DNA of 64,000 nucleotides from Saccostrea echinata (Eukaryota): NCBI RefSeq assembly GCF_033153115.1, contig NW_026889790.1, positions 4,650,001 to 4,714,000 of the forward strand, read 5' to 3'. Shown piece by piece: positions 1 to 11,706 of this stretch (position 1 is its first letter; each line of letters starts with the position of its first letter). The notes under the pieces were generated by a model. It saw only the letters and a program-made list of their open reading frames with translations, ran no database searches and was not told where the DNA came from. The position numbers and the translations under genes were made by a program.

Positions 1-961
1 TTTGAATGTACACTACCTGAGGATGCTTCCATGTAAATATGAGCAATCATGGCTTTGCTGTTCTTGAGAAGAAGATTTTTAAAGATTTTTCCTATATATT
101 CCTATGTAAAACTTTGATCGCCCATTGTGGTCCCACCCGACCCCCGGGGGTCATGAGTTGAACAAACTTGAATCTACACTACCTGAGGATGCTACCATAT
201 AAATATGACCAATGATGGCTTTGTTGTTCTTGAGAAGAAGATTTTTAAAGACTTTTCCTATATATTCCTATGTAAAACTTTGATCGCCCATTGTGGCCCC
301 ACCCGACCCCCGGGGGTCATGATTTGAACAAATTTGAATCTACACAACCTGAGGATGCTTCCATGTAAATATGACCAATCATGGCTTTGCTGTTCTTGAG
401 AAGAAGATTTTTAAAGATTTTTCCTATATATTCCTATGTAAAACTTTGATCGCCCATTGTGGCCCCACCCTACCACCGGGGGTCATGATTTGAACAAACT
501 TGAATCTACACTACCTGAGGATGCTTCCAAGTAAATATGACCAATCATGGCTTTGCTGTTCTTGAGAAGAAGATTTTTGAAGATTTTTCCTATATATTCC
601 TATGTAAAACTTTGATCACCCATTGTGGCCCCACCCGACCCCCGGGGGTCATGATTTGAACAAACTTGAATGTACACTATCTGAGGATGCTACCATATAA
701 ATATGACCAAGTATGGCTTTGCTGTTCTTGAGAAGAAGATTTTTAAAGATTTTTCCTGTATATTTCCTATGTAAAACTTTGATCGCCCATTGTGGCCCAA
801 CCCTACCGCCGGGGGTCATGATTTGAACAAACTTGAATCTACACTACCTGAGGATGCTTCCACATAAGTTTCATGTTTTCAAGCACAGTGGTTCTTGAGA
901 AGAAGATTTTTTAATGATGCCATTAATTTTTCACGAATTCTTAATTATCTCCCCTTGGAAG

Positions 962-1011
<50 letters not shown>

Positions 1012-1032
1012 ACTTTGTGGCAAGTTTGATTG

Positions 1033-1069
<37 letters not shown>

Positions 1070-1119
1070 GTGAAAAGTTTACAGACGGACAGACGGACAG
1101 ACGGACTACAGACAAAATG

Positions 1120-1163
<44 letters not shown>
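1..1163 (-). mobile_element. Helentron-associated non-autonomous element (HINE) carrying a 166-bp tandem satellite array
   Basis: About 5.5 tandem copies of a 166-bp unit (TTGAAT at 2, 168, ...), followed by a (GACA/GACG)n microsatellite at ~1081-1105 and the terminal palindrome AAAAGCTCACTTGAGCCTTCGGCTCAGGTGAGCTAAAA at ~1127-1163. This is the architecture known for oyster HINE/Cg170-type elements; it runs off the window start. Confidence 0.8.
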
Positions 1164-1164
<1 letters not shown>

Positions 1165-1165
<1 letters not shown>

Positions 1166-1770
1166 CCACTATCAGAGTTCGGAGGACGATATACACAGCA
1201 TGAAAAGATTTTAGAGGTATGGTTATCAATTTCGATACATATACATTCAATGTTAGAGGGTTCAAAATCATGGCGTCTAATAACACGTATTTGGTTAGAG
1301 AAATAAATCATGACACCTCCCCCGAAACAGTTCCTATCTTTTCTTATTATATTACAAAATCCATCCAAATATAAGTCTTCATTATTTACGGTATTGTCAA
1401 GATGGGTTTCTGTAAAACATAAAAGATCGAAGTCGTGAACGAAAGAGTTTAAATGACCTAGTTTGTGTCGAATACTTCGGATATTAAGGTGTAGAATGTC
1501 AAGGACATTTTCAATAACAGGGCCCGGATTGACCTCAATGTCACCACATGCCAATAGAAAATATGTGAAAAATTGTAAATAAAAGTTGATGTACACAGAT
1601 TTTAGTGTAATGGATGTCAAGCACTGAGTGAGTATTCTAAAAACATTTTTCATTAGTTGCAATATACATGCGCATGAAAAAAACAACCATAAACATGTTT
1701 TTGATGTACCTCTGCCAGATAAATAGAAAAGACCAATTGCAGCACGATATTGTTCGATTGAGTTACCCAT
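1165..1770 (-). mobile_element. 5' fragment of a CR1/L2-group non-LTR retrotransposon ORF (2A-like peptide + AP endonuclease), truncated by the HINE
   Basis: APE motifs HLNIRSI, CFTETHL, RKDR..GGGV, VYRPP; LLACGDIEVNPGP immediately upstream of the endonuclease. Confidence 0.85.
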
Positions 1771-2303
1771 TATCTATGACGTAAATGACGTAAATACGCA
1801 TTTCCATTGCTCTATCTGGAAAATCTCAAAATAAAGGTGATGGAGAGTTGCAGATGCAAATATGCACTACATCACGCCTCAAAAGGCTCTTACGTATCAT
1901 TAGCATGAATGACAGTCCTTGGACCGAAAGTCCAAGGGTTACTACACTGCGCTAGGCTAGAGAAAATTCGACATTATCATCTGAAAAACGGGCATTTAAA
2001 AATGGCAAAAAATATTTCTTTCGCTCAGATCTCGAGATAGATAAACTTATTGCATCGTAGAAATCAAGCTGCAGTTGTTGTGTATGGCTGTCTTGCACGC
2101 TGTAATTTAATGGCCGGGGTGGGGGGTGTTTTAACAGTCATGTGTTACTTTCTAAAGTTAAAAGATAATCATTTAACATTTTTATCAAATCTCTGATGTT
2201 TTTAAATCGTGTTTTACCTTACTGTATTCATTTTTGAAAGTCAAATGGATAAAGAATTCAAATATTTATAGTTTACTGCTTGTTGCGTTTGTTTTGCGTT
2301 TCA

Positions 2304-2305
<2 letters not shown>

Positions 2306-2380
<75 letters not shown>
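2306..2380. repeat. (TA)n microsatellite
   Basis: Pure TA run of about 75 bp. Confidence 0.97.
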
Positions 2381-2385
<5 letters not shown>

Positions 2386-2539
2386 AACTCATTCCTCCTT
2401 TCCATACTACAATAGTAATAGCTGCTAATACATTTGATCTAATAAGACATATATATACTCTATACATGATCATCATATTCAAAAATGGCAGTTATGCTGT
2501 AATCATTTACAAAAATGGCTGTTTTTAAAACTCTAATGT

Positions 2540-2964
2540 AGAATTACTGAATTTTTATACCAAGCTTAAATGAGAAAATCTAAATGTCAAATTTATGCAG
2601 GTATTCATTGAAATCACATGGATTCTCAAATCTTATGACCAAGTGACAAAACCCATCATGCTGTTAGTCTTTACACAACTTCTAAATATAGATTTTAAAA
2701 ATATTGAACAAAGCAATTTTATAATTAGCTTTTATCATTCATTCATTTGCATACTGGGCATCTCGGAAATCCCATTGTACTCATCAGTAGTTCTTTAGTG
2801 GATAGAATTTCTTTCGAAATCAACACTTAATGCAGAAAGAAGATTTGAGAATCCATGTGATTTCAACGAATACCTGCATAAATTTGACATTTAGATTTTC
2901 TCATTTAAGCTTGGTATAAAAATTCAGTAATTCTTTCGAAATCAACACTTAATGCAGAAAGAAG
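2540..2964. repeat. 95-bp inverted duplication flanked by a 34-bp direct repeat
   Basis: 2540-2634 is the near-perfect reverse complement of 2840-2934. TTCTTTCGAAATCAACACTTAATGCAGAAAGAAG occurs at 2809-2842 and 2931-2964. Confidence 0.9.
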
Positions 2965-3666
2965 GACCACAGACTAGAAATATTTTATTTTTGTCCCAAC
3001 CTTATACAACTCTTTAATTATTCCATTTAAAAATAAACAAGTGAACAGACATATAACATGTATGCAGTTCAGGTAAGCTAAACAAAATCTTTTTCAAGTA
3101 TGTCAAATACACACTGCCAACAAAAACTTGGCATACAGTTTAAAACTGTGTCTCACCAAATTCTCTAGTGTGAAGAAACTGAAGGAAAGGTCTGGACATT
3201 CAATAACAAATAATACTGAATAATGGACAGATAGGATTATTATTAGCTTTTACATTATGCTTTAGTGTTTGTTGAAAAGCTCCATATTTATTTTGCCCAA
3301 GTGTGGAATTAATGATGTCATCCTGTCCACTTCTCTATATAATTATCTTGCAATTAAAAACAACATGAGAAAGAATCTCTTTTTTATGCTTTTTGTAAAG
3401 GTGAAATTTAATTAAGACATAATTAGGGAAAACTAGTCCATATACATGTAGCTGAACTGGTAGTGAAATCACATCTTTGAAAAGTATGAACACTGCCAAT
3501 GCTTATTGAGACATCATTATTCTTAACTACACAAAGAAAGTAAGCAATTACTACATATATAATTATGTATTTTACATATTAAACTAAAAAAGTGACAAGG
3601 CTGACAGGAAGTGGATAATTTGGAATTGATTAGTGTTTGAATTGATTCTTGCATTACCTTGAAGAA

Positions 3667-5214
3667 TCAGAGAAATGTTTGTTCACCAGCATCAAAAGAC
3701 TTTGCAGAATCAGCTGACAGGATCTGGTCATTCACTGTTTGCTTCATCATTCCCATAGGATGATCACTGGAATCAGTTGACAGGATCTGGTCATTCACTG
3801 TTTGCTTCATCATTCCCATAGGATGATCACTGGAATCAGTTGACAGGATCTGGTCATTCTCTGTTTGCCTAATCATTCCCATAGGATGATCACTGGAATC
3901 AGTTGACAGGATCTGGTCATTCTCTGTTTGCCTAATCATTCCCATAGGATGAACACTGGAATCAGTTGACAGGATCTGGTCATTCACTGTTTGCTTCATC
4001 ATTCTCATAGGATGATCACTGGAATCAGTTGACAGGATCTGGTCATTCACTGTTTGCTTCATCATTCCCATAGGATGATCACTGGAATCAGCTGACAGGG
4101 TCTGTTCATTTTCTCTTTGCTTCTTCACTCTCTTAGGATGGTCACTGTGTGTTTTCATGTGTTGCTTTTTGTTTTGGTTTTGAACAAATGCTTTGCCACA
4201 GATCTCACACTTGTAAGGCTTCTGGCCTGTGTGTATCATCATGTGTGTGTTAAGGTATTGTAGCTGATTAAAGGCCTTCCCGCAATCCTCACAAACAAAT
4301 GGCTTGTCACCTGTATGAATCATCATATGGCGTTCCACGTTAGAACGGTTTTTAAACCTTTTCCCACAGACTTTACAAATCGGTTCACCACTTCTTAAAT
4401 GTCCCTTTTCATGCCTCTGGAGTTTTTCTTCAGTTGTGAAACCCTTGTTACAAATGTCACAGTGTGCAATGATTTTTTCTTCATGCTTTTTCATATGATT
4501 TTGGTAAATGCTTTTAGTTTTGAAATCTCGAAAACAGCGTTCACATCTGTATGAAGATCCATCCTGATGCCTCTCTATGTGTTTTTTTAAATTACTTTTT
4601 TGAGCAAAAGCTCTGCCACAAATATCGCATATGTGTGACTTTTCCCCCCTGTGCAATTGCAGGTGCACAGTTAAAGCTGCATTTTGAACGAAACGTTTTC
4701 CACATTCATCGCATTGAAATGGCTTTTCTCCTGTGTGTGTGACCATGTGATTCTTCAGGGCTGTACCCTGATAAAAACCTTTGCCACAAACCTCACAAAT
4801 AAAATTTTTCTCTCCAGTGTGAATTTTTTCATGACGCCTAAGATGTGACAACCGTCCAAATACTTTTCCACATTCATGACAGCGATAACTTTTCTTTAGA
4901 TGACTTTGAGTTGAGATGAAGCGTTTCATCTTCAGACTTGACCTCTGACCTTCCTTGCTATCTTCACTACTTCCTTCACTTTGAGGACTGGGAGGTAAAG
5001 TACTTTTATCCCATTCATCACTGGAGTAATCAATCTTTTCCACTTTAAGACCGGGATCAGAGTCAGGATTTTCCTCCTTCACATGATTAACATCTCCTTT
5101 ATCTTTATTATTTTTCTTAGTGTGACTTTCTTCGTGATACTTGAGATACACCAGCTTTCTAAATTGTTTTCCACAGTTATTACAAGTGAATTTACCAATG
5201 CTTCCTTCTGCCAT
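3667..5214 (-). CDS. C2H2 (Kruppel-type) zinc-finger protein, 515 aa, ~10 fingers plus a C-terminal 21-aa repeat
   Basis: One N-terminal finger plus an array of nine CxxC...HxxxH fingers, several with HTGEKP-type linkers. Single coding exon; probable acceptor upstream of the ATG at ~5273. Confidence 0.93.
   Translation of the reverse strand: MAEGSIGKFTCNNCGKQFRKLVYLKYHEESHTKKNNKDKGDVNHVKEENPDSDPGLKVEKIDYSSDEWDKSTLPPSPQSEGSSEDSKEGQRSSLKMKRFISTQSHLKKSYRCHECGKVFGRLSHLRRHEKIHTGEKNFICEVCGKGFYQGTALKNHMVTHTGEKPFQCDECGKRFVQNAALTVHLQLHRGEKSHICDICGRAFAQKSNLKKHIERHQDGSSYRCERCFRDFKTKSIYQNHMKKHEEKIIAHCDICNKGFTTEEKLQRHEKGHLRSGEPICKVCGKRFKNRSNVERHMMIHTGDKPFVCEDCGKAFNQLQYLNTHMMIHTGQKPYKCEICGKAFVQNQNKKQHMKTHSDHPKRVKKQRENEQTLSADSSDHPMGMMKQTVNDQILSTDSSDHPMRMMKQTVNDQILSTDSSVHPMGMIRQTENDQILSTDSSDHPMGMIRQTENDQILSTDSSDHPMGMMKQTVNDQILSTDSSDHPMGMMKQTVNDQILSADSAKSFDAGEQTFL
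3707..4146 (-). repeat. Coding 63-bp (21-aa) minisatellite, ~7 copies (QILSTDSSDHPMGMMKQTVND)
   Basis: GACAGGATCTGGTCATTC recurs at 63-bp spacing (3716, 3779, ...). Confidence 0.95.
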
Positions 5215-5644
5215 TCTTCAGTTTCTTTCCAAGTAAAATGGAACAGATTTTTAGAAGTTTAGAGTGCCAAAGCTGTTACAAACTTTTCCTCTTGCTTTTT
5301 TTTTATGTCAGTTCAAGGTATACATCACAGTCTCCATGCTTAAGCTACGCTTCTTTTCCTTAAAAAAAATACAAATGTAGAGTTTAAAATCCTTAAAAAC
5401 AAAACATTCTAAAAATCTATTCAATGTGTATGTGTTTTGATATATAATATTTTGTGGTACATAATTTGAAAATTTAACATGTTTAAGGAAGATAATTCTA
5501 TAAAAGGAATGGAAAAATGTATATGTATTGGGCTGTGGATCCAAATCCTAGATCAGAGATGCCATGTGGATGTAAAGTTCTGTGACACAGAGCTGTGATG
5601 CTGGTAACCAAGGCTACAAAGGTACAGGGGGTTCAACTACGTTT

Positions 5645-6163
5645 CATCAGAGATGCAAATAACAGAGATTCACAACTGTTTATAGTCTCACAACACCTTG
5701 CTTACTTTTTTCCAATCCTGCACTGTTCAAGTCATAAAAATCTTGAGAATTGTCAAGTCTAAAGAACTTAAACATTTAAATTCAATTCAACATATTTTTC
5801 AAAATTAAATAATGTTGTAAGTTTCTTTATATGATAACAAATGAGGAATCTAAAGGAGGTGACCTGCAGTCAGCCATGTCTCTGAGATTTCACCAACTTT
5901 TGATCCGACAATGATCTCTTAAATTTTCCTTGTTTGGTTTTTTTAAATAAACTGTAAAACATTGTATAGATTTAAAACTTTTTTAAAAATTATGCACCCT
6001 TATACATGTTTTAAAAATTAATTACAATTTAAGTATAACATAACTGAATAAGAGCAAAAAACATGTTTTGGAATAAAAATAATGCCAGGAGTGAGGACTA
6101 TCATGTATTTTAGTAAATAAACATTAATGACGGAGTTGCAAATCTCTGTTATTTATGTCTATG
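5645..6163. mobile_element. Degenerate non-autonomous TIR element (MITE)
   Basis: AAATAACAGAGATT...CAACT near 5657-5677 is inverted as AGTTG..AATCTCTGTTATTT near 6134-6154. Confidence 0.5.
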
Positions 6164-6682
6164 ATTACACAGGTGCCATTCTTTTCAAGAAGTAGGTACT
6201 AAAAATATTTCATACTTTTTCTCATTTTGGCTGGCTAGGTAAATTTCTTGTCTTCACAGTAAAAATTCATTTTATCAAGTTCAGTACAATCACTTCATTT
6301 AGCTACTCAGCTTAAATTACTTTCATAGCTTTATTTATATATCTGAATAGTTAATTTTGCTACAGTAACTAAATCATACAAATTTTTTAAATGAGCATTT
6401 TTTTTTCAGGATGTACAAAAAAATCTGCACTTTGATGCAGTATGCTTCATCCAACCATGAGCATGATGAACTGATCTGAAAACAATTTCCGAAAAAAAAT
6501 CACCCTTGAAAATGTTTTTCCTTCAGCACAATTGCAATCAAAGTTTTAAAATTTTAGGTGCTATATATAACAGTTCATTTGTGTCAAAACAGTTATTTCT
6601 TGAATGAACTAACAAAGAAGATCAGTTTTGGTCAATTTGATAATTGACTGATAATAATGCAGCAAAATGTGAAGTAGTCATA

Positions 6683-7033
6683 TGTAACATATTGGGCCGT
6701 GGATATCAGACTGGATAGCTCAGAAGGTAGAACACCTGACTAGTGATGCCGGGGTCCCAGGTTCAATTCCCAGTCCAGCCATATATTTTCTCATTTCCAG
6801 TTACAGAATTGATGCCGTTGACCACCCCTGGACTCGCAGGTGAAAGTCCTGCCAGGTGCATATACAAACTTGGGTTGTGTCTTTGAGGATGAAGACAATT
6901 CAAGGAGGGAGGAATGTGATGGTTTGGGCCATGGATATCGGCTTGGATAGCTCAGTCGGTAGAGCACCTAACTAGTGATGCAGGGGTCCCAGGTTAAATT
7001 TCCGCCCCAGTCATTTTCTCATTTACTGTTACA
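6683..7033 (+). mobile_element. TRIM (miniature LTR retrotransposon) with a tRNA-derived sequence in each LTR (Helenus-like)
   Basis: LTR1 6683-6805 (TGTAAC...GTTACA); LTR2 6915-7033 (TGTGA...GTTACA). PBS-like TGATGCCGTTGACC right after LTR1 (resembles the tRNA-His PBS TGGTGCCGTGAC); PPT AAGGAGGGAGGAA 6902-6914. Both LTRs contain A-box/B-box tRNA-like sequence. Flanks CATA/AATA are a near 4-bp TSD. Confidence 0.82.
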
Positions 7034-7338
7034 AATATTTATCCATACCTTACCACACACAAGGTGGTGTAAAGGAAATATACTTTTTCCTTTAAATTGA
7101 TCAAAAGCAGCAATGTTTAAACTACGTTTGCACTGGGGTGCTTTTTTTTTTTTAAAACTCCACAGTACAAATATTAGTATTCACACTCATATTTGTAATA
7201 GGAGTAAACTTTAGAACACCATTTTCATTAGTGGTTCTAGAATATTTTTTTGTACACTCTCCTATAATTTCATGTTTATTATTTCCCAGGTTCTTATTTT
7301 GATTTGAGATTCTGCTTGGTCTTATTTCCGAACTTATT

Positions 7339-8137
7339 TGTACCTTAATTCAACACCTCATGTCAGTCGTAATGAACACACCAGTTCCAACAAACAACAA
7401 AATTTATTAACCTTTGTATAGACAAACAAAAAAATATAGTATAAAAAAAATAACAACTGTAAATTCCTGCCTTGTCAAAAAAAATCCCAACAACCGTATA
7501 AAAATCACCCCCCAACCTAGCGTACGGAAACGCTAGCCCAACCTAGCCGGGGGAAAAGGCCTAGGGTAATTTAGAAAAACCCCTTATTTATTTAAGAATA
7601 CCTTAAAACCTATCTCCTAGCTTTTAGAATTATGGCCTAATAAATTTAACAGGAGCAATAGACGACGACAATTTAGTCAAAATGCCTAATATCTTAACAT
7701 AATTTCTAAGGGTGCAACCTGTTAAATACCTAATAAACCTTTATTAAAGTGAGAGAACTTACAGCAAGTTAATGCTTTCCAAGATTCCCCACGTGTCTAA
7801 CAGTTACACGGGTTTATATACTCTTTGGAAACAATAGAATCTTTAACTTGAAATCTAGTGAATACACCCCAAGGGTATGAACTTTGACTGAAATTAGTAA
7901 CACCCAAAAGGTTAACTTCCGTATTGATAGCCAATGAGAATTTAGATCATCAAATATAAACATTTACCCGTAAGATTTGATGGAAGCAACACGTGCTGAG
8001 AAGGTTTGTAAATATAAACAAAATAATATGGGGGATAAGGCATTATAACAATATATATATGCATGAAAATATTAATAATGACATTACATTGAAAATACAA
8101 GGCATAAATGCATATAACAAAATTCATTTCTGCTACA
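7339..8137 (-). mobile_element. Probable solo LTR (Gypsy-type, 4-bp TSD)
   Basis: TG...CA termini (TGTACC / GCTACA) flanked by TATT on both sides (7335-7338, 8138-8141); AATAAA near the 3' end on the - strand. Confidence 0.6.
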
Positions 8138-8960
8138 TATTCTTTGTCTTATTAAAGTTAATGTAAACCTATCAAAAATTGCATTAAAATGGCTAGATGA
8201 AGCCACTTCAAGCAGCAAAATAAAGCTACATAGGTAAATCAAGCTAAATAGCTAAATGCAGTGATTGTACTTTACCTGGTTATTTCATAGTTCGAATCTC
8301 TATTTCGTCTGTTGCAAGTTTTACTTACTAATAGTATCTCCAGGTTGTGAAAATCGATTCTGCAATACCTAAACATATACAAAAATAATTGAAATGGATT
8401 TTCTAATTTCGTCTTGTTTTAAATCTCTGTTAAATGCATTGTTTAAAAAACATGCCTCATGGGGTTTTTTTTGGTCCAGTGTGTCAAAGCCGGAAAATAA
8501 TAATGCGTGCTAAAACCTTTAAAAAAAATGTCGATAGTCTTTGGATTTCCGGAAAACTTGATAATCATCAGTGTTCATGCAACACATTTCATTTGATCGA
8601 AATGTATCACCAGCATGTAATCCTTGAAGTTAAAGAAGAAAAAGAGTATTATCTTCAAATTGCTTCATTGTCAGAAGGTCCACTTAAAAATTAAAAGGTG
8701 TTTTTAAAATTGTTCTTGTTCATGTTTTTGTTCATAAGAAAAACATAAATCTACACTGTGCTGTACTGTCACATTTAGGAATGTTACGTCTAATGTGGAT
8801 TAAATTTCAGATAAAGAAATGTGTACAAAAACCTTATACTAAGATTCCAAGACAAAAGTTAAGGTCAAAGCAGACTGTGTAAAAAGGTCAGAGTTCGTTA
8901 TCAATGATCGAGGACTTTTTGTAGAATCCCAGTCTGTATTTACTAGACTAAGTATTATTA

Positions 8961-9519
8961 GTTACATAGTTTTTTAGTGACAGGGTACGGGATGATACCT
9001 GGTTAGTAAATTTCATACCTGGCGAGGCGAAGCCGAGCCAGGTATGAAATTTACTAACCAGGTATCATCCCGTACCCTGTCACTAAAAAACTATGTAACG
9101 AATTTACCCCACCGATAAAATATTTATGCATTGTCTGTGGTTTGTAGAATTGTTTTCCTCACTCTATATATGTTTCATCACTCATACAATGCCTATTATG
9201 ACGTCACGTTTGTGACGTAATGTTGTTTTGAGATTGTTTTGTGCTGTTATAACGTACTGAAAGTTTTGAAGACTTTCAGTAAAGGAAAAAAAGGTTCCAT
9301 CTTCGTTACTTACATTAGTTTACTGTAACATTGTCAACAGACACTCGGCAAATCGCGTGAACTCGAGTTGTTCTAACGTTACAAAAGAACGATAACTCCG
9401 TATCGACCATGTATTGATTTTCAAGCGACTAGGTATAAGTAATACACCCCCTTCACCTGACAGACTTCAACCAATCGTAAGCCAGGATTTCATCAAAAAA
9501 TTAACAGAGGTGGGGTAAA
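8961..9519. mobile_element. Hairpin-headed non-autonomous element (putative Crypton-type)
   Basis: Near-perfect ~63-bp-arm palindrome 8961-9099 around GAGGCGAAGCCGA. TTTACCCCACC directly after it is inverted as GGTGGGGTAAA at 9509-9519. Confidence 0.6.
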
Positions 9520-10758
9520 CATGTATCTTCTGTCCTTTAACCAGTAGGGCTAATACGTTATCCAAAGAGTGCCCTGGAGTTTCAGTGTGAATTTAACATT
9601 TACAGTAAGAGAGAACCACAAGAATTACCCAGGATTACACGTAGAGACAATTATACTTAAATTGATAAAAGTATACTTTCAAAGTCGAATTATTTTATTA
9701 AATTAAAAAAAAAGGTTTTAGTTGGGAGATTTATTTATGAATTAAACACGTATATCAGCTCATAAATTGATGAATGAGGTTGGGTAAATATTCAAGTGTT
9801 CCGAGGATTGAACGAATCTATGACACAATTAGTGCAATTCTGGTTTAATAGGAGATAAGATTTTTTTTTTGAATGTCAGAAAAAGCTTAATTTCGCTACA
9901 CTCGATGATGAAAAAAATCTACAAATAATAAAATTATCTTTTTTTTTTTTTTTTTAGCAAAACAAGAGATCCATTGGTCACAACCCTCATTTGATTAATC
10001 TTAGCCTTTCCGTCCTTAATTAAAAAGCTCCCCTCTCTTTATTCCCATGAAAAAGTGTGGCCCCACTCTACCTCTCATGGATTTCTGAATCCAAAGAACA
10101 AACGATACATTGATCAATATGACTGTCATGGTCTTGCTGTTTTGGAGAAATTCTTTCCCCTGTATTCATGCAATATATAAAATTTGATCCCCTATCTTAG
10201 CCCAACACCGAAATCCGTAATTTTCAAATCTACACAATTTGAGAATGTTTGCAAATGAAAGCGTCTTTTGTCGTTCCATGGAATTCGAAGAATTTTTTTT
10301 TTTATTTTTATACATTAACATGTTTTTCAGTTTTGTGTGAGGAATTGGTGTGTAAATCATACAGACTTGTCACGTAGGCATATTTTTCATGAAGCGCTAG
10401 CTATCTGTGCCAGTCTGTGTGATTTGCACAACAATAATTCACACTAAAATTAAAAACATTCCTTGTATTTACATTTCACATGTTTAAATGCACCAAAAAT
10501 ATACTCATGTTTGAATTTCTCGCTGCCCTATATCGTCATATTTTTATTACAGGCAGTTGAAAATTTGACTTAAGGTATTTAATGTATAATGAAGAGATTT
10601 CAAACAATTTTGAATAATTTTAAACTAGTTAAAAATGCCTTGCTAGATAGCGATGAAAGTGAAGTGAACCAAATTCACTTTTTTTTATTTTTATTTTTTT
10701 TTTATTTTTTAAAGTCTTTTTTATTTAAATATTTTGGATTTCCAACGTTTCGGCTTGA

Positions 10759-10802
10759 GCATCACTGAAGAGACATAATTTGTCGAAATGCGCATCTGGT
10801 GC
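10759..10802 (+). ncRNA. Minimal type I hammerhead ribozyme (Penelope-like-element type)
   Basis: Stem I GCATCA/TGGTGC; core CTGAAGA 10765-10771; stem II GACA-TAATT-TGTC; GAAA 10785-10788; palindromic stem III TGCGCA; AUC cleavage triplet, cut after 10796. Confidence 0.85.
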
Positions 10803-11412
10803 ATCAAAATTGGTACCGTATATGTTTACATGACTGATAACAAACGTCTTTCAAAATCCATGATAATAATGGATCTTTTCTAAAGTAAGTCCAGCTTCTT
10901 CAGTCGCTGGAGTGGGTACAACTGGCGTCAGACTGTGTGAGAAAGATGTTTGACCAAAAACATCATTCTTAATGTATTATCTTAATCTATTACAACTTAA
11001 ACTTACTATGAAATTTTGTAAGGACATATATTTGTTGTGTTTAATTTATTTAAAACAAAGTAAATGTAAGCTCGACAATCTGTGACAATTATCCTAACCT
11101 TTCATTTCAGTCAATTTTCAGAAAATAAAGCTTAAATTGCAAAAAAGTCATTGAAGCACTTTGTCATGTATATGTGTACACTTGAAAAGAAGTTGTATGG
11201 TCACTGCATGTAATGAAATACAATGAAAAATTCAAGTACAGGGATCACCATGTCATATGTTTTTTATGATCCAAGATATGTATGGTGTATTCAAAGATTT
11301 AGATAATGATATATCTAATAAAATCCTGTTATTTAAGGAGTAGAATAAGTTCTTTAATGTTATTTTAGCACTAAATTTCCACATATGTTCGAAATATATC
11401 CTGGAAGTTTGG

Positions 11413-11420
11413 TATATATA
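11413..11420 (+). promoter_or_regulatory. TATA box of Cys-rich peptide gene copy 1 (equivalents at 18197-18204, 24763-24780, 31147-31152)
   Basis: TATATA(TA)GAYGT is conserved at the same position, ~50-65 bp upstream of the ATG, in all four paralogs. Confidence 0.7.
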
Positions 11421-11706
11421 GATGTTCACAGATACCCAGCAGATTGGTGCAGGAAAGAACACAACTAGGATATGCATTTACTTGTGAAACACGTAGTCAT
11501 ATTTTGGCTGTTTGTAACAGGTGAGTATAATTTAATCTTAGATTACTAAAGCAGGTTTAACAATGACTTCTAAAAAAACTCAAAAGAGCTTTAGAAAAAT
11601 TTAAAATATCAAAGTTTTTTATATGACTTTTCTGCGTTTATACAAATATTCCTCACGATAAATCAAAGAGCAGCCTTTTTGACATCATAAACAGCAGCTT
11701 CCTAAA

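Noticed and set aside
6709-6781. Functional tRNA-Thr(AGT) genes (here and at ~6940-7010)
   Set aside because: Anticodon and T stems are imperfect, and both copies lie inside the LTRs of a TRIM.
8277-8368. Possible upstream non-coding exon of the zinc-finger gene
   Set aside because: Plausible AG/GT sites exist on the - strand, but there is no coding or homology evidence to support it without transcripts.
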